Below, one piece after another: positions 39,503 to 51,512 of a stretch of 64,000 nt of DNA; positions within the stretch are counted from its first letter, which is position 1; each line of letters begins with the position of its first letter. The notes below the pieces were generated by a model. That model was not told the origin of the DNA. It ran no database searches and was given only the letters and a program-made list of their open reading frames with translations. Source of the DNA: Vicugna vicugna (Eukaryota). The stretch lies in NCBI GenBank assembly GCA_013265495.1, contig MU058004.1, positions 126,001 to 190,000 on the forward strand, read 5' to 3'. The position numbers and the translations under genes were made by a program.

Positions 39503-40135
39503 AAAAAACTAAAAATAGAGCTACCCACTCCTGGGCATATATCTGGAGGGAACTCTAATTCAAAAAGATAATGCACCCCAGTATTCCTAGCAGTGCTGTT
39601 TACAACAGCCAAGACATGGAACAACCTAAATGTCCATCAACAGGTGACTGGATAAAGAAGCTGTGGCAGGGAACACGATGGAGTACTACTCAGCCATAAA
39701 GAATAAACACTGACACTTGCAGCAACATGGGTGGACCTGGAGATCGTCATTCAAAGTGAAGTGAGTCAGAAAGAGAAAGAAAAATGCCATATGCTATCAC
39801 TTATATGTGGAATCTAAACAAAAGGACAAATGAACTTATTTACAAAGCAGAAACAGACTCACAGACATAGAAAACAACTTATGGTTACCAGGGTGGGAGA
39901 GGGGTATGGAGGGATAAATTGGGAGTTTGAGGTTTGCAGATACTAACTACTATATGTAAAACAGGTAAACAACAGGTTTCTACTGTAGATCACAGGGAAC
40001 TATATTCAATATCTTGTAATAACCTATAATGACAAAGAACACAAAAAGGAATATATATGTATGTACATGTATGACTGAAACGTTATGCTGTACACCAGAA
40101 GTTGACACAACATTGTAAGCTAACTTCAATTTCTA
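39503..40135 (+). mobile_element. Relatively young L1 3' end (sense to the gene)
   Basis: 'aaaatagagctacccactcctgggcatatatc...acagccaagacatggaacaacctaaatgtccatc...atgctgtacaccagaagttgacacaacattgtaa'. Confidence 0.9.
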
Positions 40136-40159
40136 AAATTACATAATACTTCAATTTTC

Positions 40160-40900
40160 TAAAAATTGTGCAATGGAACATACCTATTGAAAAATACACA
40201 GAACATGCATGGATACTTTGAAGATTAATTAGGAGGCAAATACACGTGTAACAACCACTTAGGAAGTAACCGCGTTGCTGCCACCTCACAGGTGCACCCC
40301 GTCCCATCACTGCAAAGTCATCAGCTTTCTGACTTCGGGATTACAACTTTGCCGCTTTTCTTTATGGTAGTTTGCATTTTGTGTGTATGCCGTAAATAAT
40401 CAGGTTACTTTTGCTTGACTTGAACTTTACAGGAATGGAATAGCGCTCCTGCGCCCTTTGGCCTTGCCGCCTCCGTTCGGCGTTGTGTCTGAGATCCGTC
40501 TGTGTTGTGTGTCGCTGTTGGTCAGCTCGCCCCTGAGTGGTCTCTGACTGCAGCGATGTGCACAGGTTATCCACGTGTGCTGGTGTCCGTGACATTGGGC
40601 ATCCCCAATCCGAACAGTGCTGCCGTGAGCGTTCCTGCGTGTGTCTCCTGGGGCGCACGTGCGAGACTCTCGTGCTCAGCTGGTGAAGTTCCCGGGTCTC
40701 GGGGGTCGAGTCTCCACTGTGCCAGATGAGCCCGGCCGCCCTCCCAGCCTCCTCCCTGCCAGCCAGGCGTGCACACTTGCTGGAGTCGTCAGCACTTCCC
40801 CTCGTCCGCACCGCAGCCCGGGGGGTCGCACCCTCTGCGACGACGGGGCTGTGGGCTGCAGGGCAGTGTCCGAGGTGCCTGCTCGCTGTCTTTTCCTTGC
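40160..40900 (-). mobile_element. Old L1 (L1ME/MD-like) 3' fragment, progressively GC-shifted
   Basis: 'ttgaactttacaggaatggaatagcgc...gttcggcgttgtgtctgagatccgtc...aacagtgctgccgtgagcgttcctgcgtgtgtctcctggggcgcacgtgc' parallels the AT-rich L1 text at 29880-30150. Confidence 0.65.
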
Positions 40901-40949
40901 TGGTTTGCGGGGCCGCTTCCTGTGTCTTCAGGTGTACTCTCTCCTGCAG

Positions 40950-41015
40950 GACGACGCGATGATGCCGCAGAGGGTGAGGCTACAACACGCAGCTGCTGTG
41001 CGACACCCGACAAGT
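40950..41015 (+). CDS. B3GNTL1: B3GNTL1 coding exon 5 (DDAMMPQRVRLQHAAAVRHPTS)
   Basis: ctgcag|GAC acceptor and AGT|gtaagt donor. Completes the D-S-D-D metal/nucleotide-sugar motif with exon 4. Confidence 0.95.
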
Positions 41016-44000
41016 GTAAGTCCAGACTCCCTGGGGCGCGGCCCCGCCTTTCCAAACCTGCCCTTACAGCTTTTTAGATAAAGGCTCTTCCTTAGAGCAG
41101 GAGGAACCAGCGTGTGGTCAGACTGATACGTGGCTGGTGTGTCTCTGAATAGTCACAAGTGTTTCCCTCGAAGGAAAGTGCACTTCTTGTTCTGAGCAGC
41201 ACTTGCTGCTTTCAGACGAGCACACGAGTTGATTTGGTTTAGTTGGATTTTACCAGCATTTCAGAAGCCATGTCCCTCGGACACGAACACACAGGTTGAG
41301 AGCTGTAGTGTGAATCAGTTAAAACAAATTACTGTTGTCTCGATGACCTGGGACCATGTTCACCTCTAGAACGGCTTCCCAGTGGGCCCCGCGAGCCAGG
41401 CTCTCCAGGGCCCATCCTCCCGGGCACTTGCTGGGTGAGGGAGTGTCTCCCGCCCACTCGGACACCGGGGCATCTCAGCCCAGGGGCCACTTGCCCCTGT
41501 GGCTCGGGGTCCAGGTGGCCCAGGTGGCCGATCCCCAGAGCTGGTGTCTGACCACAGGGCCCACTGCTCAGACATCCATGCTGGAGCCTCAGTGAAAACA
41601 GCTTAGAGTTGCTGTGATGATCACTGGTTTAGAAAGTGGGAGAGAGAAAGGTCTGGAGCTGTCTTGCGGTGAGTGGTGTCAGCTTTCCCAGGGACACCCC
41701 TGCTTGCCGCTGACCTTTGCCATGGTGCCACGCCCCACCGGGTGCACACACTGGAGCTTTTCCAGGCCATGTGCCTGTGAGCCCCAGGATCTGATCCCCG
41801 GTGTCCGTGGGCCTGAGACACTGTGTTTCTCCTGGGCTCCCGGGCACTGTGTTTGGTGCCGACTGCAGGGCTGTGGGGCCTTCATGAAGGAGAGGGCCTG
41901 TTTGTTCCTGGGACAGGGCTCAGGGCTCAGAGAGCAGACCCCGTTAATCGTGGATCAAGTGAGCTGTTCAAGACAAAGGCTCAAAAACACACCTCCTTGA
42001 GATAGTTTCTCAAGGAGCCTGAAGCACTTGTGTTAGTCCAAGACAAATTCTTTCTTTTCCAATGGCCCCTTACCTTGGAGCTCTGAATTCCGCCCACGGA
42101 CTCTCTGCTTCTGCGAGATTCAGCGCCTCGGTCTCCGGCTCAGCTGCCATCCCACGCACACGACTCTGACTGGGGCTTGGCTGCCGGCGCCTGGCCTGTC
42201 GTGGCACCTGACATGCCCAGGCTCCCCTGGGAAGTGTCTCTTCATGGAATAGGTGGTGTCTCACAGCCTTAAGTTTGATGTTGAGGATTCTTATTCCCTG
42301 AATTACAAGTGCGCTTGCATTGCTTAGGTTTAAACATCATTAATGCAAACGTGTCCATGAAATGCATGTGTGAGAAGGTTGGAAACAGCCTGCCAGCTGC
42401 ACTTGAGAGGCACCCCACTGCTCCTTAGGCTGGAAGCTTCCGGGCGGACGTGAGGGAGGGTCGGAAGTCCCCAGCCACTCCTTCCCTGAGAAGTGGCCCC
42501 TCGGCCGAGGTAGCGCTGTGGCTGTCGCACTCGTCCTGAGGTCGGATGGCAGGGGCCCGGGGTCGCCACCTCGCCGGCTCGTCGGTCCCCCACTGGGTCG
42601 AGCCCGTTCTGTGGCCAGGAGGTCAGGAATGGTGGCGACTAGACCAGCCTTTGGGAAGGCCCACGGCCCCTTCTTTGGCCCAACATGCAGTGCCGCGGAC
42701 CCCAGCAGCCGCCCCCGGTGCCCCCAGGCCCGTCCACAGTGTCTCATAGGCCTGCTCTTCCCAGCCAACACCCCTGGGCACTGACCAGGGCCTGTGAGTT
42801 TGTGTGTGTCCTCACCCTGGCCACCTCCGCCTTCCCATGGGTGGACACTCGAGGCTTTCAGGGCTCAGGGCCACCCCACGTGGGCTGGGCTGCAGTGTCA
42901 GCCCCTGTGGGCTGTGCCCACGCCCACGCGAGCCCGTGGGTGAGCCTGCTCTGTGGCAGATCCTGGGGAGAGTGCGCCAAGGAAGTACAGAGAATTGCTG
43001 CAGGGGGTCGGCCTCGGGGTGGGGGCAGGCAGGTGTGGAAGCCCGAGGCGGTCTCCTTGGATAACCTCCCTCACCTAAAGCCAAGGCTGTGGACTTCCTT
43101 CCTGCCTGCAAACCCCTTCCCAGCAGCACGTGGTAACTGTCAATGGTAGCTTCCCAAGTGGACACCAGACTGACTGTCGTGGAGGGGAGGCCTCACATGG
43201 CTGTGCAGCAAAGGTCAGAGCTGGAGGCTTGAGCTGCCGGGAACACAGATGGCCCCTTGTGGGTGCTGCAGGCGCCTCCACATGGCTCTGGCTTCCCTCA
43301 GATTCTGAAATGCTGGGAAGGTTTAAGAAACACACATGTGTGTAGTCTCTGGCAGCTCTGTTCCTAGCAGCTCTGGCAGCTCCAGAGACTGTCCCTTGTG
43401 TTATGCAGTCTGCATGCCTATTGACTGTGCGGATCGAGACTGTCCGTCTGCCTTCCTTCCCAGCTACAGAAGGGACGTCGGTGTCGGGGGAGTGAGCTGC
43501 CGCAGTGAGGTGGTCCAGCCTGGGCCCCCAGACTTCTGGGCTTCACTGGGCTGCTCTGTAGGGACCACCAGACCTCCAGAGGCGCTGGTGGGACTTCTCA
43601 GTGACATGGAAAGAGAGATTACATGCACAAATAATATTTTTTGGCCTGGTTCCTTTGTTGGGAAGAGATAAAAGGAATGACAAAGGTCCTGGGTGGATTT
43701 CTGCTCACAGTTTATGTCTACACGGGAAATTCAGAGACTGGGGTTTCCAGAAATGTCTTTCACTGGCTCTGATAAATGCGATAATATTACATGTGGGAGG
43801 GGCAGAGATGGGATCTTAGAAAGCAGCCCCCTTTTTCCAAAGTTTAACTTGCTCTTGACCACCAAGCTAATTGCTTGAGTTAGTTTTCTTTGCTTTAACC
43901 TGTTCCTGCTAACGAGTAACCCTGTGGACTTAAAAGTTGAGCAGACCCGTTCTTGGAGTGGGCAGCTGCACTCTGGGTGATATTCACACCAAGCGTTTAA

Positions 44001-46389
44001 AATATATTCTACATGGAGGCTTCTGAAGAATTTTGTAACCAGTGTTGCCATTGGAGGGACTGAGATACTTTCAGATACACTGTTTCCCATTTTTTTCATG
44101 ATGGGTTCATATGTGAAGTTACTTTGGGTGGTTCTCCATGCATGGGTTCAAAGACTTTGAAATCTAAGGATCCAAAAGGAATTTGGGGAAAATGCAGATC
44201 GTGTCAGTTTGTCTTAATCTTAATTAAAATACCTTGGTTTGCATTTTTATAAAGTTGTGGGTTAGCGCTTTTCTCGCCAGCCTCGTGATTGAATATACCT
44301 GCCGCTCTGTTTCAGCCCTGAGGAGCTTTGCTCCGGGCCTGGAACACCTGTGTGGTCTTCCTGCGTCTGCAGCCAGAACAGGGACTCGGAGCAGTCCTGC
44401 TGGGCAGAACCAGATCGGCTTTAGAAGTGCTGTTACGTGGGGCCAGATCCTGATTTGCAGCTGCTGGTTGGTGGCCTTGTCAGTTGTATCACACAGTTCA
44501 TTTGGAAAGAATGAAGTGAATGCTCAGTATATGCTCTCCTTGATCATTATTTCTTTGAGGCCATTCGCAAGGAAGCTGTTTGATTATGACGGTTGCAGCT
44601 TCCATAAACCGTGCAGCTGCGAATTCTCTGCAGAACGGCTGGGACGTTTCCCGTCGGGTGTCACTGGGTGGCTCCCAGAAGGGCACTTCTTCACCCACTT
44701 ACTGAGCATCTGGGGGCAGAGCCCCGCTCTGGGCAGAGTTGGGGGGGGTCAGGGAAGTGCTGTGTTTGGTCTGGGCCCTCCCTGCGGGCTCTCCTGCACA
44801 GGGCAGAGCTGGGAATATGTGGGTGCGGTGTCAGGAATCAGAGGCCATGAGGATGAAGGTAGGAAGGAGGCAGGCAGCACCTTACGGAGTGCGGGGTGAC
44901 CCAGAGCTTTTCCAGTACTCGTGAGCGGGTCCCCCCATGGCCTTGGGACAGATGACCCTTGTAGGCTGATGGCAGGACGTCCCTGCGTCCCTGATGTGAG
45001 TCTCCATGGGGCTCGGGATGGGTGCTCAGGGACCTGGCCTTCCTCAGAGTCAGCAGCAGGGAGGGAGGAGCCGTGGACCCATCTCCCTCTTCAGGCGAAG
45101 CCAGGGCCGGGTCTCACCCCTGCCCGCTCCCCCTCATCCCTGGTCCAGCCCTGTGGGTGTGGCTGCTGCAGCCTCTGTCCACGAGCTAGCGGCCAGAATG
45201 CGTCAGGCTGACTGGTGTGCGCCCTGGGAGGCATGGGCCCTGAGGAGAGGATGCAGCGCTCCCGCGGTGGGAGGTTGGGAAGGGCTTGGTCCTCACTGCA
45301 ACTCGGAGCCATGATGGCTGAGGGAGGGGGCGCAGATGGGGGGCCTTGCTCACATACACAAGCCTGGAGCCCAGCAGCCTGGCCCCCCGTCTGCCTCCAC
45401 CTGCAGCCCCAGGGCCGGTGTGCAGATGGGGTGTGAGGGCCTCTGTGGCTGCAGCAGCACTGACAAGGCCTCGGGGGATGCTCAGGGCAGGCACAGGGCT
45501 TTGGGATACTTGATATTTGGGAGGGGTCAGGCAGGATTAGTGAGAGTGACTGGGGGTCCACTGGGACCCTGCTGGAGACGGACAGGGTCCGCAGTAGTGC
45601 CCTAAGCGGGGTGCCCCACAGGGTTGGGAAGAGGAGGCAGTGGGGGCAGCTAACCCGCTGCAGTCCCGAGAAGTCTGACAGGTTAGAAATCACAGTGTCG
45701 GAGAGCTGGTGTCCATCCACGTCTGCCCCACGTTGATGTGACCGTCACTCATGGACGCACTGTTCTGCATGTTTGGGTTTCCTGGAGTGTGGCCTCCGCA
45801 CCCTGGCCACACCTGACTCTGCTGGTCACAGGAGCTAGAAGTGTGTTTGGCCGCGTTTCCTAGTGGGGCTGTTGCCCAGGTGCCTAGAGGGATCTGTGAG
45901 TGAAGTCCTCTTTCAGACAGATTTCTGATGACGGGAGCATCTGAGAGTATGAAATGAGGAAAACAGGTCATCTAATGAGATGTTAAACATTGCTTCCTTT
46001 CCTAAATGTACCCCCTTCCTAGAGCGTTTGAAGAACTGGATCCATAAGACAATTAGCAGTTCTTAACGAGACACAGTTTTTATTTACATTTTGCATTTTA
46101 GTAATCTTCGGTGTTCCTAAGTACCAGCTAGGGACGAATTTCGTAAGCATAGTGGATTGATAAGACTGTATGCCTGCATCTCTCTCTTCTCCCCCGTTTT
46201 CGTCTCCAGACCCTGGTTCTGAAAGGTCTTCTGGGATAGCCCTCCGGGGACACTGCGAGGGCGGGCCCTTCCGCCGCCGTCCTCACGCCCCGACCTCTGC
46301 TCGTGCTGAGCCGAGGCAGCCGCTCCGCAGGGCCTTGCAGGTGGGCGCTGACCCGGCAGCGTCCCCGCTTGCCCGCCGCTCCCCTCGCC

Positions 46390-46528
46390 TGTTTGTTTAT
46401 CTTTAAGCTACTGTATCTGGGGGGGCTGACTCGGGCCATTTCTTGTTTGTTCCGTGGAGCGCTGGGATTGCACCCAGGGCCTCGTGCGTGCTGAGCACTC
46501 GCGCTGCCCTGAGCCGCGCCCTCCTCCC
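46390..46528 (-). mobile_element. tRNA-derived SINE copy (same family as 20657-20787), GC-shifted
   Basis: Collinear with the 20657 copy: ggagcgctgggattgcacccagggcctcgtgcgtgctgagcactcgcgctgccctgagccgcgccctcctccc. Confidence 0.75.
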
Positions 46529-47858
46529 TTCTCGGTGTGTTCCGTCTTCTGTCGTGTTGACTTTGCTGCTTGTTGCTGCCTGCCGTCTGCGTTCCACGTG
46601 GCTGGGTTCTCCTCTTCCAGCTTTGTTTTGCCTCAAGCCTCTTTCCTGCCTTTTGGTTTGGTTTGGTTTTGCGATTCCGTTCTGTCTGTGCTGCTAACTT
46701 GTCAGCGACCCATCTCTGTTTTGTTCTTTCTCAGAGGTTGGCCGAGGGTCTGCAGCGGGCAGTCTGCCCTCGCAGCCTCCGGTGCCCAAGTGGTACCATC
46801 TCACGTGCAGAGAAGGAAGGTTACAGAACCACCTCCCGTCACACTGTTCACGCTGTGAACCCTGCAGTGTGGTGTTTTCTGACTTATACTAAAGTCACGT
46901 ACCCTGTAAGGATGCTACACGTGGCACAGTGCCTTCTGCTTTTACACACCTATTTACCGTCACTGCCACCAGCCGTTGCCTGGTACATGTCAGGTTTCCT
47001 TCTGCCTGGAGAGCTTCCTCCATCTTCTTTGTAACCTCAGTCTTCTTGTGACGAATTATGTTGGCTTTTGTTTTCCGGAAAAGCCTTCGTTTGCTTCAGT
47101 TTGTGAAGCTGTGGTAGCTGGCTGCCAGATTCTAGGCTGAGGCTGTCCTTAGTCTAAAGACGTCTCTCCGTTGTCTGGTCTCCGTAGCCCCGCAAGAAGC
47201 CCTCTGCACCCTTGTCCGTGTCTCTCCGTGTGATCCGTGCTTCTCCCTGACTGCTTGTAAGGTCTTCTCGCTAGGACTGGTTTTCGGCAGTTTGATTCTG
47301 ATGTCAGGCATGGGTTTTGCTTGGCTTTTTTAAGGTTTGCTCTGCTTGGCCATCGCGTGGGATCTGTGGTTTTGCAGTCCTCAGCAAATTCGGAAATTTT
47401 GTGACCATCGTTTCTTCCAGTGTGTTTTCCGCTTCCCGCTCGCGCCTCCCCTCGCGTGGCAGTTCCGTGTGTCAGACCACCCCCTGCTCTCCACAGGGCG
47501 CTGATGGCCCTTGTCTTCCCCCAGTGTGTTTTCTCTGTGTGTCTCATTTCGGGTGTGTCTGTTGCTGTGTCCTCAAGTTCATGACTTGCTTCTTTGGTGT
47601 CTAGTCTGCTGAGGAAGCAGTCTAGTGTACTTCTCATTCAGACGTTGCATCCTTCTTCTCCGAACTTCCGCTCTCGTTCGCCTTTGCCTGTGCCTTGTGC
47701 TCACATTTCCCTCTGCCTGTCTGAGCGCGTGGATGGTTTATAACAGCAGCTGTTCTGAACGCCTTTGTTTGCTGCCTTCCACCGTCGCGGCCATTTCTGT
47801 GTCTGCTTCTCCTGGTTACAGGTCATCTTTTCATGCTTCTTTAACACCTCGCAGCTTC

Positions 47859-47980
47859 GGGGGGAGGGGACAGCTCAGTGGTAGGGTGGGTGCTTCGCAG
47901 GCACCAGGTCCTGGGTTCAGTCCCCAGGACCTCCATTAAATAAACAAACAAACAAACAGACCTAAGTATCTCCCCCCAAT
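47859..47980 (+). mobile_element. tRNA-derived SINE (camelid vic-1-like)
   Basis: ggggggaggggacagctcagtggtagg...gtcctgggttcagtccccaggacctccattaaataaacaaacaaac...cctaagtatctcccccc. Confidence 0.85.
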
Positions 47981-49689
47981 TTTTCTGAATTTACAGAAAG
48001 CAGAAACCTAGTGACTTCTGACTGACTGTCCGACCTTGTGATTTTCACAGTGAGTGCTGAGATGTGTCGTTTTCTTTTAGAAAGTATTTTGCTGTGTTCT
48101 GCGGTTGGGTTACTGATCTTCAAGGACCGATTTTAAGCTTTATGAAGCAGAACCAGGTGGTCCAAGACCACTTCTGCTTTACTGCTGGGGTGACACTACC
48201 TCAGGATGTCACCTGATGCCCCACATGCTACGGGCTCTTTCCACTCTGACCAGGGGCCATGAGCCGCTCTCAGACTTGTACCAACTCCCCTTGCATCCTT
48301 TTGCTGGCTCTTCCCCTTGTGACTTCCTCTCCTGCCTGTGCAGATGGGTCCTTCACAGACGACTCGGGGCCCTGCTGTGACGCACCCACCATCTGCCTCC
48401 ACCCTGCCTGCTGCCTGTCCTCCCGCACCTGCCTGCCCGTCCGCCCCCAGCGGGGCTGCTGCCTGTCCTCGCGCACCCGTCCGCTCGCCCGTCCGCTCCC
48501 AGGGGGGCCGCTGGGCTCTGCCTGCCTTCCTGCTCCCGAAGCTGTGGCTGCAGAGAGCTCAGGCGGAGCTGATGACGCTGCAGCCTCGCTTTGCCTGTTT
48601 CCGTTCTGTTAGGGGTCCTGATGTTGAGTGAGAACAGTGACTCCATGGGTTTTGTTTGCTTTGCTACTTGTTGAAGGCAGGAGGCAGTCTGCTGGGCGGC
48701 AAGCCGGCATCAGAGCAGTGGAGCCTTGGACTGGGTGGTGCCCAGCTGTCGTTGGAGCCTCGCCTCATGCTTTCTGCCCTTTGTCTTGACTATTTTTGAT
48801 TATTTGTCCATATTTTTCCAGATAACCAGCTAGCTCCAAAAGAAGATTTAATGGCAAATAATGTTGGGGTTTTACTTCATGGGTCATTTAAGGGTTTGTG
48901 ATATTGAATCTTCTAATCCAGGAACTTGAAAACTGTTTCCATTTGCTGGATTCCGCTTTTGCCTCTTTTTAGGTGTCTTCATGTAGTTCTGCACATTTCT
49001 CATAAGTTTGTGCCAATAAATTCTGCTTTACTTTCTCCTTTCATAAAGCGTGTTGTCCTCATCATCGCTGTGTTGCCCACATGTCTGTGTGGATGGCGTT
49101 ATGTCTGCACGTTAACCTTACATCCTGCTGTCTCGCTGACCCTTGCGTGTATGCATTTTCCCATTGGTTCCCTTAAGTTCTCTAAACATGGAATCGTTCC
49201 ATCTGCACACCGCGGTGGCTGTTTCTCTGCCCACCCAGCTCTTAGGCCTCTTGTTGTTTATTTGTCTGGGGGCTGAAGGCAGAGGGGACCCGCGCTTTTC
49301 CAGCTCCTCCACCGACCAGGGAGGGGGCTCCTGTGGACCCCCTGCCAGGGCTCTAGCCTTTGTCCCGCATCCCTTTGAGGCCTGCACTTGCGGGGTCAGA
49401 AACAGCCTGGTTCTCCTCACCTCTGCTCTTTCCCTCAGGGGCGGAGGTTAAACCTCTTTATCTTCACGGGGGGATACTTTTGAAACAGAGGGTTTCTACC
49501 TCACAGCTTCGACTCACATTTTCCCTTTTTTTCCTCAAAGTCTTTTCTGTTGAGCAATCAAATGCAAGCCAGTTTCAACACGACAAGGAAACAGACACAA
49601 CTGATGGTTGAAATGATACACCTTGGTCAGATCAGGTGTGGGACCTTGTTCTGTGCAAGGGATTCGTTCAAGTTCTAATTTACAGCTGT

Positions 49690-50485
49690 TTTCAGAGTGT
49701 GTTTTTAGGTGAGAAAGGAAAGGTTCACGAACGGAATTCAGCAGTATGTAAGACGGATACACACCATGGCCGCGTGTTTTCATCCCAGTCGGAAAATGGA
49801 CGAAAGACGTGAACGAGGTTTCACTGGGAGGTCAGACAGGCGGGAAGTAAGCCCCTGGAAACAGATCCAGCATCACAGCCCCGTCGGGGGTGGGAAGAGC
49901 TGCACCTCACGCTTGCCAGAGAGGCCGGACTAAAGCACAGGGACAGCTGGCCCCACGCGCGGCTGAGGTGGCGGAAGTGGCCCTGTCGCTGAAGAGCGGC
50001 GGCAGTTTCTCGGAAAATTAAAGGTGCCCCTGCCGTGCGACCCGCAGTCGCACTCCTGGGCGTTTATCAGAGAGACGGAGGCTGACGTTCACACAACCCC
50101 TGTGTGCGCCTTTGCCGCAGACAAACAGTAACAGCCCCAAACTGGAAATGGCCCAGGTGCCCGTAGAGGGTTAAGCCGTGGAGTCTCTTTCAGACAAAAA
50201 AGGGACAGGGAATTGTGGGGTAGAAAAAAGCCAATCACAGAAGGCTGCACACTGTGATTGTGTTTATTCAACTTTCTTGAAAAGGCAGAATCGTGGTGCT
50301 GAAGTGACAGGTTCGCACTGGCAGTTGGAGGGGGGGTGTGGCTGTCAGGGAAGCACCTGGAGCCCCTGACCCCGCTATCTTACCGTTGGAGGACACTGTG
50401 TAAGGGTCCCTGCGCTCTCTCTGTATTATTTCTTAACATTACATGTGAGTCTACCCTTTCTCAAAAAAAGTTGAATTAAAAAAAT
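49690..50485 (+). mobile_element. L1MC-like 3' fragment, GC-shifted
   Basis: 'ggcagtttctcggaaaattaaaggtgcccctgccgtgcgacccgcagtcgcactcctgggcgtttatc' and a 3' end 'tctctgtattatttcttaacattacatgtgagtctaccctttctcaaaaaaag'. Confidence 0.7.
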
Positions 50486-51191
50486 GCAACAATGAAAAAA
50501 TTCAAGCAAGCAAACCATCTCAAAACTCTTCATTAGCATAACTGCACAACATAAGTTAGTCGGCGCATTGTGATACTGGACTTGGTAGCACAAGATTTAA
50601 GAAGCCCAGGTACCCTGGGGCCATGGGGTGACCTGATGATGTCTCAGTAGGGAGCCAGGAGCTGGACGGAGGCCTGCTGACACTGTCACCAAGGGGAGAA
50701 AGCACGGCCGTGGGAGGGGACACTGGCGTTGTCCCCGTCCCCAAGTGGCCAGCCTGTGAGAGCCTCACCAAGGGGCAGGCTCGCTGCTACCTGCCAACAC
50801 CCCAGCGGCCCTCCCCTGGCCAGAAAGGGGGACAGAGGGCCCCTCCTGCTGCCACGAGGGTTCCTCCCCACAGAAATGAGTGTCAGGACCCTGATGTCTG
50901 CAGCCTCTCCAAACCCGCCTCACTGACCCCAGAGGCCAGGATCTCTACCTCTGAGTGCATGCCTCAGCAGAAGGCACAGGGGCTTCGCTGGGTTTGAGGT
51001 GCTGTCGGACAGGGCTGCTGTGGGTCAGCATGCGCAGGCCGGGTGTGCGGACAGTGTGTGGCTTGCAAACAAATGGTGGTCTTGTGAGTAGCCAAGAGGA
51101 GGCAGGACCGGGCAGGACTGGGGAAGGAGGTGGTGAGAAGTAGTCAGGCGTGTTATGGGGGGAGGGATTTAGACGGCAGACAGCAAGGATG

Positions 51192-51310
51192 CCTTCCTAG
51201 GTGGAGGTACCTCCTGAGGTGGGGGCTCCTCCTTCCTGGGTAGGGGCACATCCTTCCGGGGGGCTTCTCCTTCTGGGGTGGGGGGACCTCCTTCCAGGGT
51301 GGGGGCGCCT
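51192..51310. repeat. Degenerate G-rich minisatellite, unit about 20 bp
   Basis: Repeated ctccttcc(t/a)gggtggggg-like units, about 200 bp upstream of exon 6. Confidence 0.65.
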
Positions 51311-51512
51311 GTCAGGTGCTGTCGTCATGGGGGCTGCTACAACAGCCTGGACAGAGGGAGGCGGCGCCAGAGGGTGGGGGCTGAGCTCCAGGCTGCAGCT
51401 CTGATTTGTTTAGAGGCAGAAGGGAGAGGATTATCGAGAAATAGGATTTTTCAGACTTGCCGCCCCGGAAGCTGCACTAACTTTAAGTTCTGTTTGTCAT
51501 TGCTTCTCACAG

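Larger units (their letters stand above)
46040..48250 (-). mobile_element. Old L1 ORF1/inter-ORF fragment, GC-shifted, interrupted by two SINEs
   Basis: ORF 47149-47637(-) MRSTLDCFLSRLDTKEASHELEDTATDT...ISALW resembles the L1 ORF1p coiled-coil/RRM (MKNTLDG..SRLD..EE..SELED). Confidence 0.7.

Noticed and set aside
47859..47935. tRNA gene-like sequence (also 20710-20787)
   Set aside because: Degenerate arms, an (aaac)n tail, a TSD and multiple copies show these are SINE heads, not tRNA genes.
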